From Candidatus Micrarchaeia archaeon (GTDB taxonomy: Archaea; Micrarchaeota; Micrarchaeia; Micrarchaeales; CABMGC01), in the NCBI GenBank assembly GCA_049976305.1, contig JBMFIM010000003.1, positions 1 through 55,918 on the forward strand: a stretch of DNA of 55,918 nucleotides, in the 5' to 3' direction. Of the stretch, positions 17,819-27,446 are shown piece after piece. Each line of letters opens with the position of its first letter. Position 1 is the first letter of the stretch. The position numbers and the translations under genes were made by a program. The notes beneath the pieces are model-generated. The model had not been told where the DNA came from, made no database searches, and saw only the letters and a program-made list of their open reading frames with translations.

Positions 17819-18622
17819 TTGCACGATTCATTGCTTGAGAAGGTTATTTACAAGATAGTGAAAAGGCACATAGCCGGCACCACTATCTCCTCAGCGATAA
17901 AAAAGGTAAGAGAGCTGAACGCCAGGGGCTTGCCGGCTACTGTTACCTTCTTGAGCAATAGCGTCAACGACCTTGCAAAGGCAAGGTATGTCGCCTCTAC
18001 CTATTCCCAGCTTGTCCAGCAGATAGGAAGATCGGGCCTTAAGGCCACAGTGCACGTACCGCTTAACGACATAGGCTTTTCTATTTCAGAAAGCCAGGCT
18101 TTGAACTATCTTCAAAGCATAATCCAGCTAAGCAACAAGTTCGGGGTTTTTGTCTGGGGCGAACTTCCAGAGGAATCTGATGCTTCTTTGCTAGACGGCT
18201 TGGCTAGGCGTGGGCTTGGCTTAGCAGTGAATGCAGAAAAATGGGAAACCCTGCTTCGGACAAGCCTGCCAGCTAAGCTTGTCTTCAAAACAAACAATTC
18301 TCACGATGACAAAAAAGCACTGGAGAAGAGGCTTGTTGGCATTGAAAAGCTTCTGAAAAGGGGCCAACTCGTACTTAGCTTTCCAGATGAGGGGCTTACC
18401 CACGCGCTGACAAAAAATGCCAAGTACAAAAGCTCTTTAATCTTTGAGTTCCAATTAGGCTATGCCAATAAGGAGCTTAACAGGCTAGCCCAGAAGGGCT
18501 GGAAGGTAAGCGTTTATGTTCCGTTTGGCAAAGGTTGGGCAAACTTCGCCCTTACGCGCATACAAGGCAAGTATACCCATCTTATTGCAAAGAAGCTGTT
18601 AGAAAGGGGGAAATATGCATGA
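17819..18622 (+). CDS. Proline dehydrogenase-like protein, catalytically degenerate
   Basis: RHIAGTTISSAI...LNARG, FEFQLG, VYVPFG resemble monofunctional ProDH; active-site motifs altered. Confidence 0.65.
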   Translation: MHDSLLEKVIYKIVKRHIAGTTISSAIKKVRELNARGLPATVTFLSNSVNDLAKARYVASTYSQLVQQIGRSGLKATVHVPLNDIGFSISESQALNYLQSIIQLSNKFGVFVWGELPEESDASLLDGLARRGLGLAVNAEKWETLLRTSLPAKLVFKTNNSHDDKKALEKRLVGIEKLLKRGQLVLSFPDEGLTHALTKNAKYKSSLIFEFQLGYANKELNRLAQKGWKVSVYVPFGKGWANFALTRIQGKYTHLIAKKLLERGKYA

Positions 18623-19568
18623 AAAAGGCACTATATGCATTACCGGCGGCAGCGGCAGGCTAGCAAGGACGCTTTCTCCTGCTTTGCTAAATTTGGGCTA
18701 CACTGTTAAAGCGCTAGTAAAGCAGAAGGAGGATATGCAAAGGCTTCCTGCAGGCGTAATCCCTTTTGTCGGCAGCATTGACAATCTGAATGTGCTGAGG
18801 GAGTGCGTAGAGGGGGCTGATTTAGTAATACACGCCGCAGCAATAGTGAAGGAAGCGGGTACAACTACGAAGGAGATAATGCATGTCAATTTTGAAGGCA
18901 CAGAGCTCTTGCTCAACGCCTGCAAGCTTGAAGGTTGCAAGCGCATTATGTTTACAAGCACCATAGATGTTTATGGAAGAGAAAGGAAGGAGGTGCTTAA
19001 CGAAGAAAGCATACCAAAACCCACAGACAGATATGGCTACAGTAAGCTCATGGCCGAGCAGGCGATAATAGAGAGTGGAATAGACTATACGATTTTCAGG
19101 ATTGCAACAATATACGGGCCTGGGTTTGAGCACTACTTTTTCAAGATGTTCAAAGCCATAGTGGAAGGCAAGGTGGCGATAATAGGAGATGGCCAGAACC
19201 ATCTTGCAATGATACACGCGAGGGATGTTGCCGAAGCATTTTTGCTTGCAATCCAGAACAAGTCAAGCATAAGAAAAATTTATGTGCTTGGCGACGGCGT
19301 GCCATATACCCAGGAAGGCTTAATTCGAAAAGCAGCGGAGCTTCTGCGAGTGCCGCCCCCAGAAAAGCATGTAAACAAAAGCCTTGCATTGCTGCTTGCA
19401 AAGAAGCGAGGTCTTGAAAGCGACGAATTGCGTTTCCTCATTTCTAACAGGGTGCTTGACATAAGCAAGATCAAGAGAGAGCTTGGTTTCGAGCCAAAGG
19501 TAAGCATCGATGAAGGCGGCAAGGAGCTTGTTGACATGTTTATCTCTTCAGAGAGGCTGGTGAGATGA
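18615..19568 (+). CDS. NAD-dependent epimerase/dehydratase (extended SDR)
   Basis: TGGSGRLA, HAAA, STIDVYG, YGYSK. Confidence 0.9.
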   Translation: MHEKGTICITGGSGRLARTLSPALLNLGYTVKALVKQKEDMQRLPAGVIPFVGSIDNLNVLRECVEGADLVIHAAAIVKEAGTTTKEIMHVNFEGTELLLNACKLEGCKRIMFTSTIDVYGRERKEVLNEESIPKPTDRYGYSKLMAEQAIIESGIDYTIFRIATIYGPGFEHYFFKMFKAIVEGKVAIIGDGQNHLAMIHARDVAEAFLLAIQNKSSIRKIYVLGDGVPYTQEGLIRKAAELLRVPPPEKHVNKSLALLLAKKRGLESDELRFLISNRVLDISKIKRELGFEPKVSIDEGGKELVDMFISSERLVR

Positions 19569-20365
19569 AGATAGGAAAAGTCGAGAGAGAAATAAACGAG
19601 ATGTTGGAAGAAAAAGGGGCGCTCATGTTCTTGCTGATAGACCCTGTGGACTATGAAAGCGAGGACGCCGCAGTCAAGGCGGGCAGAGAAGCAATAGAGA
19701 ACGGCGCTGACTGCCTGCTTATTGGCGGAAGCACAGGCGCACAAGGAGAACTGCTTGAAACAGTGACCAAGAGGGTAAAGGAGGAAACCCATGGAGCAAA
19801 GCCCATAATACTGTTTCCCGGGAACATTGCCACTATAACGCGGTATGCAGACGCCATATACTTTATGTCTCTTCTCAATGCAAGGAATCCTTATTGGCTA
19901 ATACAGGCTCAATTGCTTAGCGCTCCAGTAATAAAGCAGATGGGCATAGAGCCTCTGCCAGTTGGCTACATAGTAGTAGTGCCAGGAGGTACAGTGGGCT
20001 GGGTAGGCGACGCTAACCTCGTGCCTAGGGAAAAGCCGAAGATAGCGGCTTCCTTGGCGCTTGCTGGCGAATTCTTGGGAAACAGGTTCATCGTAACCGA
20101 TACTGGCTCTAATCCGAGGCTCCAGGGCTACGGCCCTGTGCCGCCAGAAATGATAAAGGCAGTGAAGAGTGTAATAGACGTGCCGTACATAGTTGCAGGG
20201 GGCATACTGACCGTAGAGGACATAAGGACTGCTTTGCGTGCAGGCGCCGACATATTGCAAATAGGGACTGCTTTGGAAAAAAGCTCAGACGTCAAAAAGA
20301 TTGTAAGCAAGTTCGCTGAGGTAGTGAAGGAAGAGGGCGCGCTGAAGAAGAAAGGAAATGCGTAG
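19565..20365 (+). CDS. Geranylgeranylglyceryl phosphate synthase family protein (group II-like)
   Basis: LIDP, IGGS, LFPG, SLLN, GYIVVxPG, AGGI, GAD..IGT TIM-barrel motifs. Confidence 0.9.
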   Translation: MKIGKVEREINEMLEEKGALMFLLIDPVDYESEDAAVKAGREAIENGADCLLIGGSTGAQGELLETVTKRVKEETHGAKPIILFPGNIATITRYADAIYFMSLLNARNPYWLIQAQLLSAPVIKQMGIEPLPVGYIVVVPGGTVGWVGDANLVPREKPKIAASLALAGEFLGNRFIVTDTGSNPRLQGYGPVPPEMIKAVKSVIDVPYIVAGGILTVEDIRTALRAGADILQIGTALEKSSDVKKIVSKFAEVVKEEGALKKKGNA

Positions 20366-20377
20366 CAGGTCATATGC

Positions 20378-21472
20378 ATGAGGGACATAGCTGCTTCTGA
20401 GCTTTTCGTGGCAGTGCAGGAGCTGAAAAGGCTTATCGAGGGCAAGCGCCTTAACAACTTCTACGACTTGTCAGGCAACGCCTTCAGGCTAGACTTCGAG
20501 GAAAACGCTGTTTATGTAAGATTGGGCAAGACCATCAACGCCACAAGATTCAAGGAGGAAGCAGGCCAGGCTTCGCAATTTGCAATAGCTATAAGGAAAT
20601 ATGTAAAGGGCGCTAGGCTGGAAGCAATAAAACAAAGAGGGATGGACAGGCTGGTATTCCTCAAGTTTTCAAGAGGAATAGAAAAATACTGGCTAATATT
20701 TGAGATGTTCGCAAAGGGCAACGCAGTGCTTGTTGACTCAGAGAGGAAAATCCTCCAGGTATTTGCCAAAAGGGAATTCAAAGATCGATCGCTAACTGTG
20801 AGCTCTAAGTACGTGCTACCAAAAGGCTCGAGTTTCAACCTTGCCAAGGCTGATGCGGAAACCTTGGAGGAAAAGATCAAAGAATCTTGTGCAGAAAGCA
20901 ATGACAAGCTTATACGCACGCTTTCATTCATCAACATAGGGCCTTTGTACCTTGACGAGCTTATAAGGCAAGCAGGCCTTGATCCTAATATGCCTGCAAA
21001 GGAGGCCTTGCCTAGCATGCATTCTCTTCTTAGCAAGCTCATAGAATTCAAGCAGGTGCTTGAAAGCCCTAAGCCGGTGGCGTACTTATCAAACAACCAG
21101 GTTGTAGATTACTCCATAATGCCCCTCTCCAAATACTCTGATCTCAAGCCCATGCCTTTCAATTCAATGAACGAGCTTCTTGACTTCGTATATGCGCAGG
21201 AGAGAGTTGAGATAAAGAACGAGGAAAAGAAGGAAAAGATTGAGGAAATAGAGAAGAGCATAGAGAAGCAGAAGCAGCTTCACAAGGAGTATGCGAGCAA
21301 GGCAGTCACCTACAGGGAAATTGCCAACAAAATATTTCAGAACATGCAGCAGCTGAACGAAGTCATTGCTTTGGCATCGTCCAACAAGGCTGAGAAGGCA
21401 CAGGCCAGTGGAGGCTTTCGCATAGTCAAGATAGACAAGCAGAATAAAAGGATTGTAGTAGAAATAGATTAG
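20378..21472 (+). CDS. NFACT/Rqc2 (aRqcH)-family protein, N-terminal half only
   Basis: FAIAIRK, QRGMDR, EMFAKGNAVLVD, HhH IGPLY, coiled coil; no NFACT-R domain. Confidence 0.8.
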   Translation: MRDIAASELFVAVQELKRLIEGKRLNNFYDLSGNAFRLDFEENAVYVRLGKTINATRFKEEAGQASQFAIAIRKYVKGARLEAIKQRGMDRLVFLKFSRGIEKYWLIFEMFAKGNAVLVDSERKILQVFAKREFKDRSLTVSSKYVLPKGSSFNLAKADAETLEEKIKESCAESNDKLIRTLSFINIGPLYLDELIRQAGLDPNMPAKEALPSMHSLLSKLIEFKQVLESPKPVAYLSNNQVVDYSIMPLSKYSDLKPMPFNSMNELLDFVYAQERVEIKNEEKKEKIEEIEKSIEKQKQLHKEYASKAVTYREIANKIFQNMQQLNEVIALASSNKAEKAQASGGFRIVKIDKQNKRIVVEID

Positions 21473-21486
21473 ATAAAGGGAAATCT

Positions 21487-22380
21487 ATGCTAGATATAGT
21501 CGCTTTGGGCACTTCGGGCTCGACGCCTACTAAGGAGAGGAACCTGCCGAGCTTCGCGATAATCTACGAGGGCGATATCCTGCTTTTCGACTGCGGCGAA
21601 GGCACGCAGATGCAGATGCTCAAGTTCGGCATAAACCCGGTGAAGGTAAAAGCAATTTTCCTGAGTCACACCCATGGCGACCACGTGATAGGCGTGGCAG
21701 GGCTTGTAAGGACTATGTCGATGGCAGGCAGGCAGGATCCGCTGCTCATATTCGTGCCCAGAGGCTACGAAGGCACGGTAAACAACCTTCTAGTGTTTGA
21801 CAAGGCATTGCTTAGATTTCCGATAGTTATAAAAGGGGTGAAGAAGGGAAAGGTCTACGAAGCAAAGTCCTATGCCGTTTATGCCTTCAGGCTCAACCAC
21901 ACAATTCCCACTTATGGCTATGTCTTCAAGGAGAACGACAGGCTCCACTTTGTTGCCGAGAAGGCAAAAAGGCTTGGAATAAAGGGCCCTATGTTTTCAG
22001 AGCTTCAAAGGAAGAAAAGGCTCAAAGTAGGAGGGCGCATGGTCAGGCTAGAGGAAGTGAGCTGGATAGAGCCCGGAAAGAAGGTCGTTTATGCCACAGA
22101 TACAAGGCCTTCAAAAGAAACGATCAAGGCAGCAATGAATGCCGACTTGCTGATACACGAAGCCGCATATGCATCTAGCGAGAAGAAGCTGGCAAGAGAG
22201 AGGAAGCACTCGACAGCTGAGGAGGCTGCGAGCATAGCAAAGCAGGCAAAGGCCAAGATGCTTGTGCTAACTCATATCAGTGCAAGGCATAGGGAAGCCA
22301 GCGTTCTGGAAAAGGAAGCAAGGAAAGTATTCAAGAATGCACGCATAGCCTATGACGGGATGAAAATCCACATAAGATAA
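21487..22380 (+). CDS. rnz: Ribonuclease Z
   Basis: LGTSG..PT..R, DCGEG, HTHGDH, DTRP, HEA, HST, THIS.R. Confidence 0.96.
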   Translation: MLDIVALGTSGSTPTKERNLPSFAIIYEGDILLFDCGEGTQMQMLKFGINPVKVKAIFLSHTHGDHVIGVAGLVRTMSMAGRQDPLLIFVPRGYEGTVNNLLVFDKALLRFPIVIKGVKKGKVYEAKSYAVYAFRLNHTIPTYGYVFKENDRLHFVAEKAKRLGIKGPMFSELQRKKRLKVGGRMVRLEEVSWIEPGKKVVYATDTRPSKETIKAAMNADLLIHEAAYASSEKKLARERKHSTAEEAASIAKQAKAKMLVLTHISARHREASVLEKEARKVFKNARIAYDGMKIHIR

Positions 22381-22413
22381 AATATTTAAACCTCGTAAAA
22401 ACAAAAAGTAATT

Positions 22414-22749
22414 ATGGAATTCAAACAGGTAGCGACTAAGTATGCTATAGCCGCGGCAAAACGCGCAGATTCCTTTGTTGGGCTGCTCAATACAAAGGCT
22501 AATAGGCTGCTTTTAGCGGTTTTCGAAGCAGAGTTGGCCTCGCCTGCAGCTATTTCGGCTACTGTTGAAACGATAAACCAGTTTGGGCCTGTGGTAGAAA
22601 GCGACGCAATGCATGCACTATTTGCTGGCTTGATGATAAGCTTTGCAGTAGCTGTGCCGCTGCTCTATGGAATGGTGACCGGCGAGCTAAAAGGTGCCGA
22701 TTTCGCCCTGAAGAAAATTCTTGAGCACTTAGAAAGAAAACAGGAATAA
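22414..22749 (+). CDS. Hypothetical membrane protein
   Basis: 111-aa ORF with one TM, preceded by TATA TTTAAA. Confidence 0.6.
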   Translation: MEFKQVATKYAIAAAKRADSFVGLLNTKANRLLLAVFEAELASPAAISATVETINQFGPVVESDAMHALFAGLMISFAVAVPLLYGMVTGELKGADFALKKILEHLERKQE

Positions 22750-22867
22750 GGCTAGCAAACTCATACTAATCAACTAATCAAGTCTTAGCCCACTAATAAA
22801 GATAATGATATAAATATTCAAATTTACAAAAGCTCAATAAGATTGCCATTTTGAAAAGCAGAAGCTT

Positions 22868-22938
22868 GGAGGCATCGTCTAGTGGTAGGACGGCAGATTG
22901 ACATTCTGCAGGCAGGAGTCCGATTCTCCTTGCCTCCA
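22868..22938 (+). tRNA. tRNA-Val(GAC)
   Basis: GGAGGCA/TGCCTCC acceptor; GCAGA-TTGACAT-TCTGC; T-loop reads TCCGATT. Confidence 0.9.
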
Positions 22939-23631
22939 TCAGAGGCCCTTGAGTATCTCCGGATAGTCGGAGGCTATGCCGTCTACTCCTTTCTTTGCAT
23001 ACTCCTCAGCTTCTTCCCTGGTATTTATGGTCCAAACTATTACCTTTAGCCCGTTTCTGTGTGCGTCTTCAACGTTCTTTGTGTGGGTGAATCTGTATAA
23101 AGGAAGCACATAGCTTGCTTTTAGCGCAAGCGCAGCTTCTATCGGGTTCCTGTACTTGCCCTTATATGTCGCATAGATGAGCCCTGTCTGAATTTTGCTG
23201 TCAAGCTTCCTAACATTTTCCAGCGCATCCTCGTGGAACGAGACAATGATTGCCCTGTCTTCGAGTTTTCTCTTTTTAACTTCCTTTAGCACAGCCTCTT
23301 CGCTTCCTGGCTCCTTTATCTCCAGCAGTATCCTTTCTACTTTTGCATCTATGAAATCTAGTGCTTCTTCAAGCGTTGGCACGTGCTCTTTGCTGCCAAG
23401 TATGTTGAAGCCGAGGAGCTGCTTTAGCGTGTAATCGCCTACTGTGCCTGGCTGGCCTGCCAGCCTCTCAAGCTTTTCATCGTGGAAAACGACAAGCTTT
23501 TTGTCTTTTGTTTGTCTTATGTCAAGCTCTATAGCATTCACTCCTGCCTTTATGGCCTCCTCAAAGCTTCTTAGCGTGTTCTCTGGAGCCTCCTTTCCTG
23601 CTCCTCTATGCCCTATCTTTAGCTCTAGCAT
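22939..23631 (-). CDS. Glycerophosphodiester phosphodiesterase
   Basis: GHRG...PENT, ELDI..TKD..LVVFHD, EIK, WTIN, GIASDYP. Confidence 0.95.
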   Translation of the reverse strand: MLELKIGHRGAGKEAPENTLRSFEEAIKAGVNAIELDIRQTKDKKLVVFHDEKLERLAGQPGTVGDYTLKQLLGFNILGSKEHVPTLEEALDFIDAKVERILLEIKEPGSEEAVLKEVKKRKLEDRAIIVSFHEDALENVRKLDSKIQTGLIYATYKGKYRNPIEAALALKASYVLPLYRFTHTKNVEDAHRNGLKVIVWTINTREEAEEYAKKGVDGIASDYPEILKGL

Positions 23632-23724
23632 AATGCTATACCAACGGTAAGATTTAAACTTCTTTATGGTTTATTTGCTTGCATCTAGCAAACTTTTTAT
23701 AAAGCAAGTGCCAATTAATAACAT

Positions 23725-23796
23725 GGGCTCTTAGCGCAACGGTAGAGCGCTCGCTTTGCAGGCGAGAGGTTGCGGGTTCGAATCCCGCAGAGTCCA
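23725..23796 (+). tRNA. tRNA-Ala(TGC)
   Basis: Cloverleaf with G3:U70; CTCGC-TTTGCAG-GCGAG. Confidence 0.96.
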
Positions 23797-24780
23797 CTAC
23801 TGTTTTTGGTTATTTTCGTGCGCCTTTTTGAGCAGATAGTTCTCATATTTTATCGAGTTCTTCATTAGTTCTTTGAACCTTGCCCTCGCTTCTGAAAGCT
23901 TAAGGTGCACTATGTGCTCGCTTTTTTCGTTTATTATGTTGAAAGGCGGCATTTTGTATGCATTTAGCTCGTCAAACATGAATCTCTCATGCTGCTTTGT
24001 TGCGTCTTCTTCGGACATTACATAGAGATTGAGCTGCACGCCTCTGCTCGACAGCTCCTTTTTAAGGTTTGCAAGGTTTGTTCCAAAACTAGAGTCGAAG
24101 TATTCTGGAGAGGTTACTATGTTTATTTCCTTTATTGTGTTGCTGTCTGCTATTAGCCTGTATAGGTTTTCGAGTGCTGTAGAGTTGAAATGCTTATCAA
24201 CTATGCTTACCTGGCTTCCAAGCTTTGAGAATATCTCGTCTTTTAGCTTGAGCAAGTTGCCAAACGGCATGCCAGGTACTATCTCCAAGCTCCTGCTTTG
24301 CTGCATGCGCCTTGTTTTGGTTTTGAAGAAATAGGCATCTATGGCGATCGCCACCGCTATTGCCAAATAGACAAAGAGATTGACGGACAAGTTTGTTTCG
24401 AAATAGAAGAACAGCACATACCACAGCAATCCAAACACTATGCTTGTAATTAGGTGAACTGCCGCATACTGCCTCTTTGATCTAAACAAGTAAATCGCGG
24501 AAGCGAAGAAAACAGCAATAATGCCTACTAGCATAAGGACAAAAGCTTCGCGGAGGGCCCTGTGCAACGAGGTGAGCTCTGTCACTGTTGTATTAAGGAT
24601 CTGCGCTACCTGTGTGTTGTCAGCCTTACTTTGTATTATGGCTCCGGCCCCAACGCCATAGTTTATCGCAAGTATGTCAGACGCGTACATAGTGCTGAAC
24701 ACCATGGCGATAGACGCTAGCAAAAGGGCCGCTACTAAATAAGAGGAAAAGTCAGAGACTCCTTTTTGTTGTTCCTGCAT
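23797..24780 (-). CDS. Membrane protein with C-terminal PLD-like domain
   Basis: ~4 N-terminal TMs; C-terminal IVDKHF...HERFMFD resembles the HDRF-type PLD-like fold. Confidence 0.65.
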   Translation of the reverse strand: MQEQQKGVSDFSSYLVAALLLASIAMVFSTMYASDILAINYGVGAGAIIQSKADNTQVAQILNTTVTELTSLHRALREAFVLMLVGIIAVFFASAIYLFRSKRQYAAVHLITSIVFGLLWYVLFFYFETNLSVNLFVYLAIAVAIAIDAYFFKTKTRRMQQSRSLEIVPGMPFGNLLKLKDEIFSKLGSQVSIVDKHFNSTALENLYRLIADSNTIKEINIVTSPEYFDSSFGTNLANLKKELSSRGVQLNLYVMSEEDATKQHERFMFDELNAYKMPPFNIINEKSEHIVHLKLSEARARFKELMKNSIKYENYLLKKAHENNQKQ

Positions 24781-25827
24781 CTAACCATTTTCAATATACT
24801 CACTCAATCTTTTTAATGCATGGTACTTCTCATCTTTTGGTATATTTGTCCTGTCCACTATCGCCTCCATGTCCTCTATTAGCAAGTCATACTCTTTCCT
24901 GTTTATTCTGAATGGTATACCATCTTTGCCTCCTATATTGTAGGCATAAGCTACTGGATCCCTGTATGCGAGTTCCTTGCCGTATATTAGGCTAGCAACA
25001 AATGCAAGAGACCTTAGCGTCTTCCTTCCCACGCCTTTGATGAGCATAAGCTCGGTGTAGTCTTTAGGTTCAAGCTCGCTCGCTTTCTTTATAAGTTCTA
25101 TCCCCTTTTTGCCAATGTCCATCTTCATAATTATCTCATGCCTTCTTGGATACTCCTTTACTGCGCTTTCAAAATTTTCCAACGCGTCTACTAATCCTTT
25201 CCTTGCCCATGTATTGCTCTCTGCAGTCAAGTCAAGTGTTGTTTGGTGAATATCTGCGCTTATTCCGCTGTGTGGTTCCTTTGCAAAGTCTTTCGCATCT
25301 ATGCCGTCGCTGAACCACTGAAATCTTATGGCGTTTCTTGAGCCGTATTCCATTGCCTGCTGAATAACCGCCCACTTTCTGTTTTTTGAAAAAACGAACG
25401 CGTGCTCGTATATGCCTATGTTATCGTAAACCATGGCAGCGTCGGTCTTTGCAGCAAGCCTGCTATATGCTATAAACTCGTCTGGATTTGGCAGTGAAAG
25501 CCTGTCCGCTCCAGCAAGTATGTCGTTTGGCGTGTTTGTACCTGCTTTTCCCTTGCCTCCGGCAATTGCGATCTCGCTATCTTCTTTTAAGGCTTCCTTG
25601 AGGGCAGCTACTGTAACTGTTGTAGTGCCACTGCTGTGCCAGTCGTAGCCTATCGTGCATGCAAACGCTTGGAACCAGTTTGTATCGCTGAGCCTTCTCA
25701 CGAGCTCATCAGGCCCAAACTCCTCGATAACGACATCGGCGATTTTGCCGCCAAGCTTTACCATCCTCTCAAACAGCCATCTTGGCGCACGGCCACCGTG
25801 AAGAGGAAGCCTTGTTAAAGTATGCAT
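24781..25827 (-). CDS. DUF763-domain protein
   Basis: LPLHGGRAPRWLF, WFQAF, GYDWHSSGTTT, GGKG, GGKDGIP. Confidence 0.92.
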   Translation of the reverse strand: MHTLTRLPLHGGRAPRWLFERMVKLGGKIADVVIEEFGPDELVRRLSDTNWFQAFACTIGYDWHSSGTTTVTVAALKEALKEDSEIAIAGGKGKAGTNTPNDILAGADRLSLPNPDEFIAYSRLAAKTDAAMVYDNIGIYEHAFVFSKNRKWAVIQQAMEYGSRNAIRFQWFSDGIDAKDFAKEPHSGISADIHQTTLDLTAESNTWARKGLVDALENFESAVKEYPRRHEIIMKMDIGKKGIELIKKASELEPKDYTELMLIKGVGRKTLRSLAFVASLIYGKELAYRDPVAYAYNIGGKDGIPFRINRKEYDLLIEDMEAIVDRTNIPKDEKYHALKRLSEYIENG

Positions 25828-25862
25828 ACTTCTATCTTTGCTTCAAGATAAAAATATTTTTG

Positions 25863-27398
25863 CTAAGCGCTAACATTGCGTATTCGATATATCGCAACAG
25901 CTTCGTAGAACCCTTTGCCGAAAGAAAAGGTATATGACGTAAGCCGTACTGCCGTACAGTTGCTCCCGAGCCAGCTGTGAAATGCATTTTGTTCACTGTC
26001 GTAATCGAAATTGTTAAAAACATTTATTAGCAATGAGCCTACATCTGAACTTTTGCAAATTTCTGTTGCTGGAGTAAAATTGTATTCGTAGCTAGATACA
26101 AAATTCAAGTACTGCGAATCTAGATATGGGTTTTGACTATTTACTATTGCGTTGTTCGTACTTGTCTTGCTCACATACGCGGCTGCCTGCTGGAAAATGC
26201 AATTGTAGCCTCTTATGCCTAACAGGTAGTAATAAAAGCCCCTGTAAGTTTCAAAGTTTGTAGCCACGGCAAATACCACCACAAGTGCAACAATTAGGCG
26301 CGCCGCTTGAGTATTCAGCCTTTTGATGCTTTTATAAAATTCAAATAGCGCGTATGTGGCAACGATGGCGATCGGCGCCGCCACGATGTCAAAATATCGC
26401 TCAACTACTGCTATAGGTATATAAGAAAACAGCGATTTACTACCGAAGAATGCGTAAAGAAGCACTGCTGCGAATGTAATGGAAAGCAACACAATATGCA
26501 GTTTTTTTCTTATGGTGCTTATAACCATTCCGGCGATCGCGAGTGAGGCTACAAGCCCCAATGGATATATGTCCGGTCCGTAATTTTGTATCCCGAAAAA
26601 GTACATGAGGAAAATCGGATTTAAGGAAATATTGAACTGGTTTAGGTTTGCGTTAAATGTTGTTGGGGAGAGCAGCTTGAAGGCTGAATAAACGTGAAGA
26701 TTGAATAATGGGTCTTCAGTCATAAAAAAGAAATACAAGAGCATCACAGCCATAGGCGATGCAATCCCAAGTATTCCGTAAGTAGCCTGTTTCCTTTTGC
26801 GCTTTTTGGTCACGAAATATGTAAAATACAAGGCAAACAGCGCAGGGATTATGAGCCCGGCTGTTTTGACGAGCATCGTAAGTGATGCGAAAAAGCCAGA
26901 GAGGAAAAATCCCTTTTTCGAATTTAGCTCTATCGCGTCATACAGATAGTATATCGCGATTGCAACTGTTAGACCTGTGAAAATGTCGGGCAGGGCCCTT
27001 GTAACGTAGCCGATGACAAACGGGGCTGTTTCAAACAAGACAGAGGCAATTGTAGCGAAATATTTGCCAAACATCCTTCTTGCCAATAGGAAAACTAAGG
27101 CTATAGTCAGGAGATACTCCAACAAAGATGGCATCGATGCCTGCAGAATTCCGTAGCCAAACAAAAGGAAAGAAATAGCAAGGCTTGCATCTGTCAAGGT
27201 TTCGACGCTGTAGGGTATGCCGTTTGGTCTGAAATTACCATTCAGCATCTGGTGTGCAAAGAGTATGTAGTAGTTGTCGTCATAATAGGTGAAAGGTCCT
27301 GTGTACAGAAGATATGAAAGAAGCACTCCCAGCAAGATTGTCAATGCTAAAAGTAAAATGCTTACTTTATCGACCCTGCTAAACTTGCTTTTCCTCAT
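25863..27398 (-). CDS. GT-C (GT39/ArnT/PMT-like) membrane glycosyltransferase
   Basis: DD after the first TM (YYDDNYY), LPD, VK, ERY motifs; >10 TMs. Confidence 0.85.
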   Translation of the reverse strand: MRKSKFSRVDKVSILLLALTILLGVLLSYLLYTGPFTYYDDNYYILFAHQMLNGNFRPNGIPYSVETLTDASLAISFLLFGYGILQASMPSLLEYLLTIALVFLLARRMFGKYFATIASVLFETAPFVIGYVTRALPDIFTGLTVAIAIYYLYDAIELNSKKGFFLSGFFASLTMLVKTAGLIIPALFALYFTYFVTKKRKRKQATYGILGIASPMAVMLLYFFFMTEDPLFNLHVYSAFKLLSPTTFNANLNQFNISLNPIFLMYFFGIQNYGPDIYPLGLVASLAIAGMVISTIRKKLHIVLLSITFAAVLLYAFFGSKSLFSYIPIAVVERYFDIVAAPIAIVATYALFEFYKSIKRLNTQAARLIVALVVVFAVATNFETYRGFYYYLLGIRGYNCIFQQAAAYVSKTSTNNAIVNSQNPYLDSQYLNFVSSYEYNFTPATEICKSSDVGSLLINVFNNFDYDSEQNAFHSWLGSNCTAVRLTSYTFSFGKGFYEAVAIYRIRNVSA

Positions 27399-27446
27399 TT
27401 TTTCAGAGTAGTATGAGCAAAAAAGATTTAAACTTCTTTGTTTGCT

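Noticed and set aside
22750-22860. Short ACTAAT repeats upstream of tRNA-Val
   Set aside because: Three 6-8 nt copies in AT-rich promoter DNA are too short and irregular for CRISPR or iterons.
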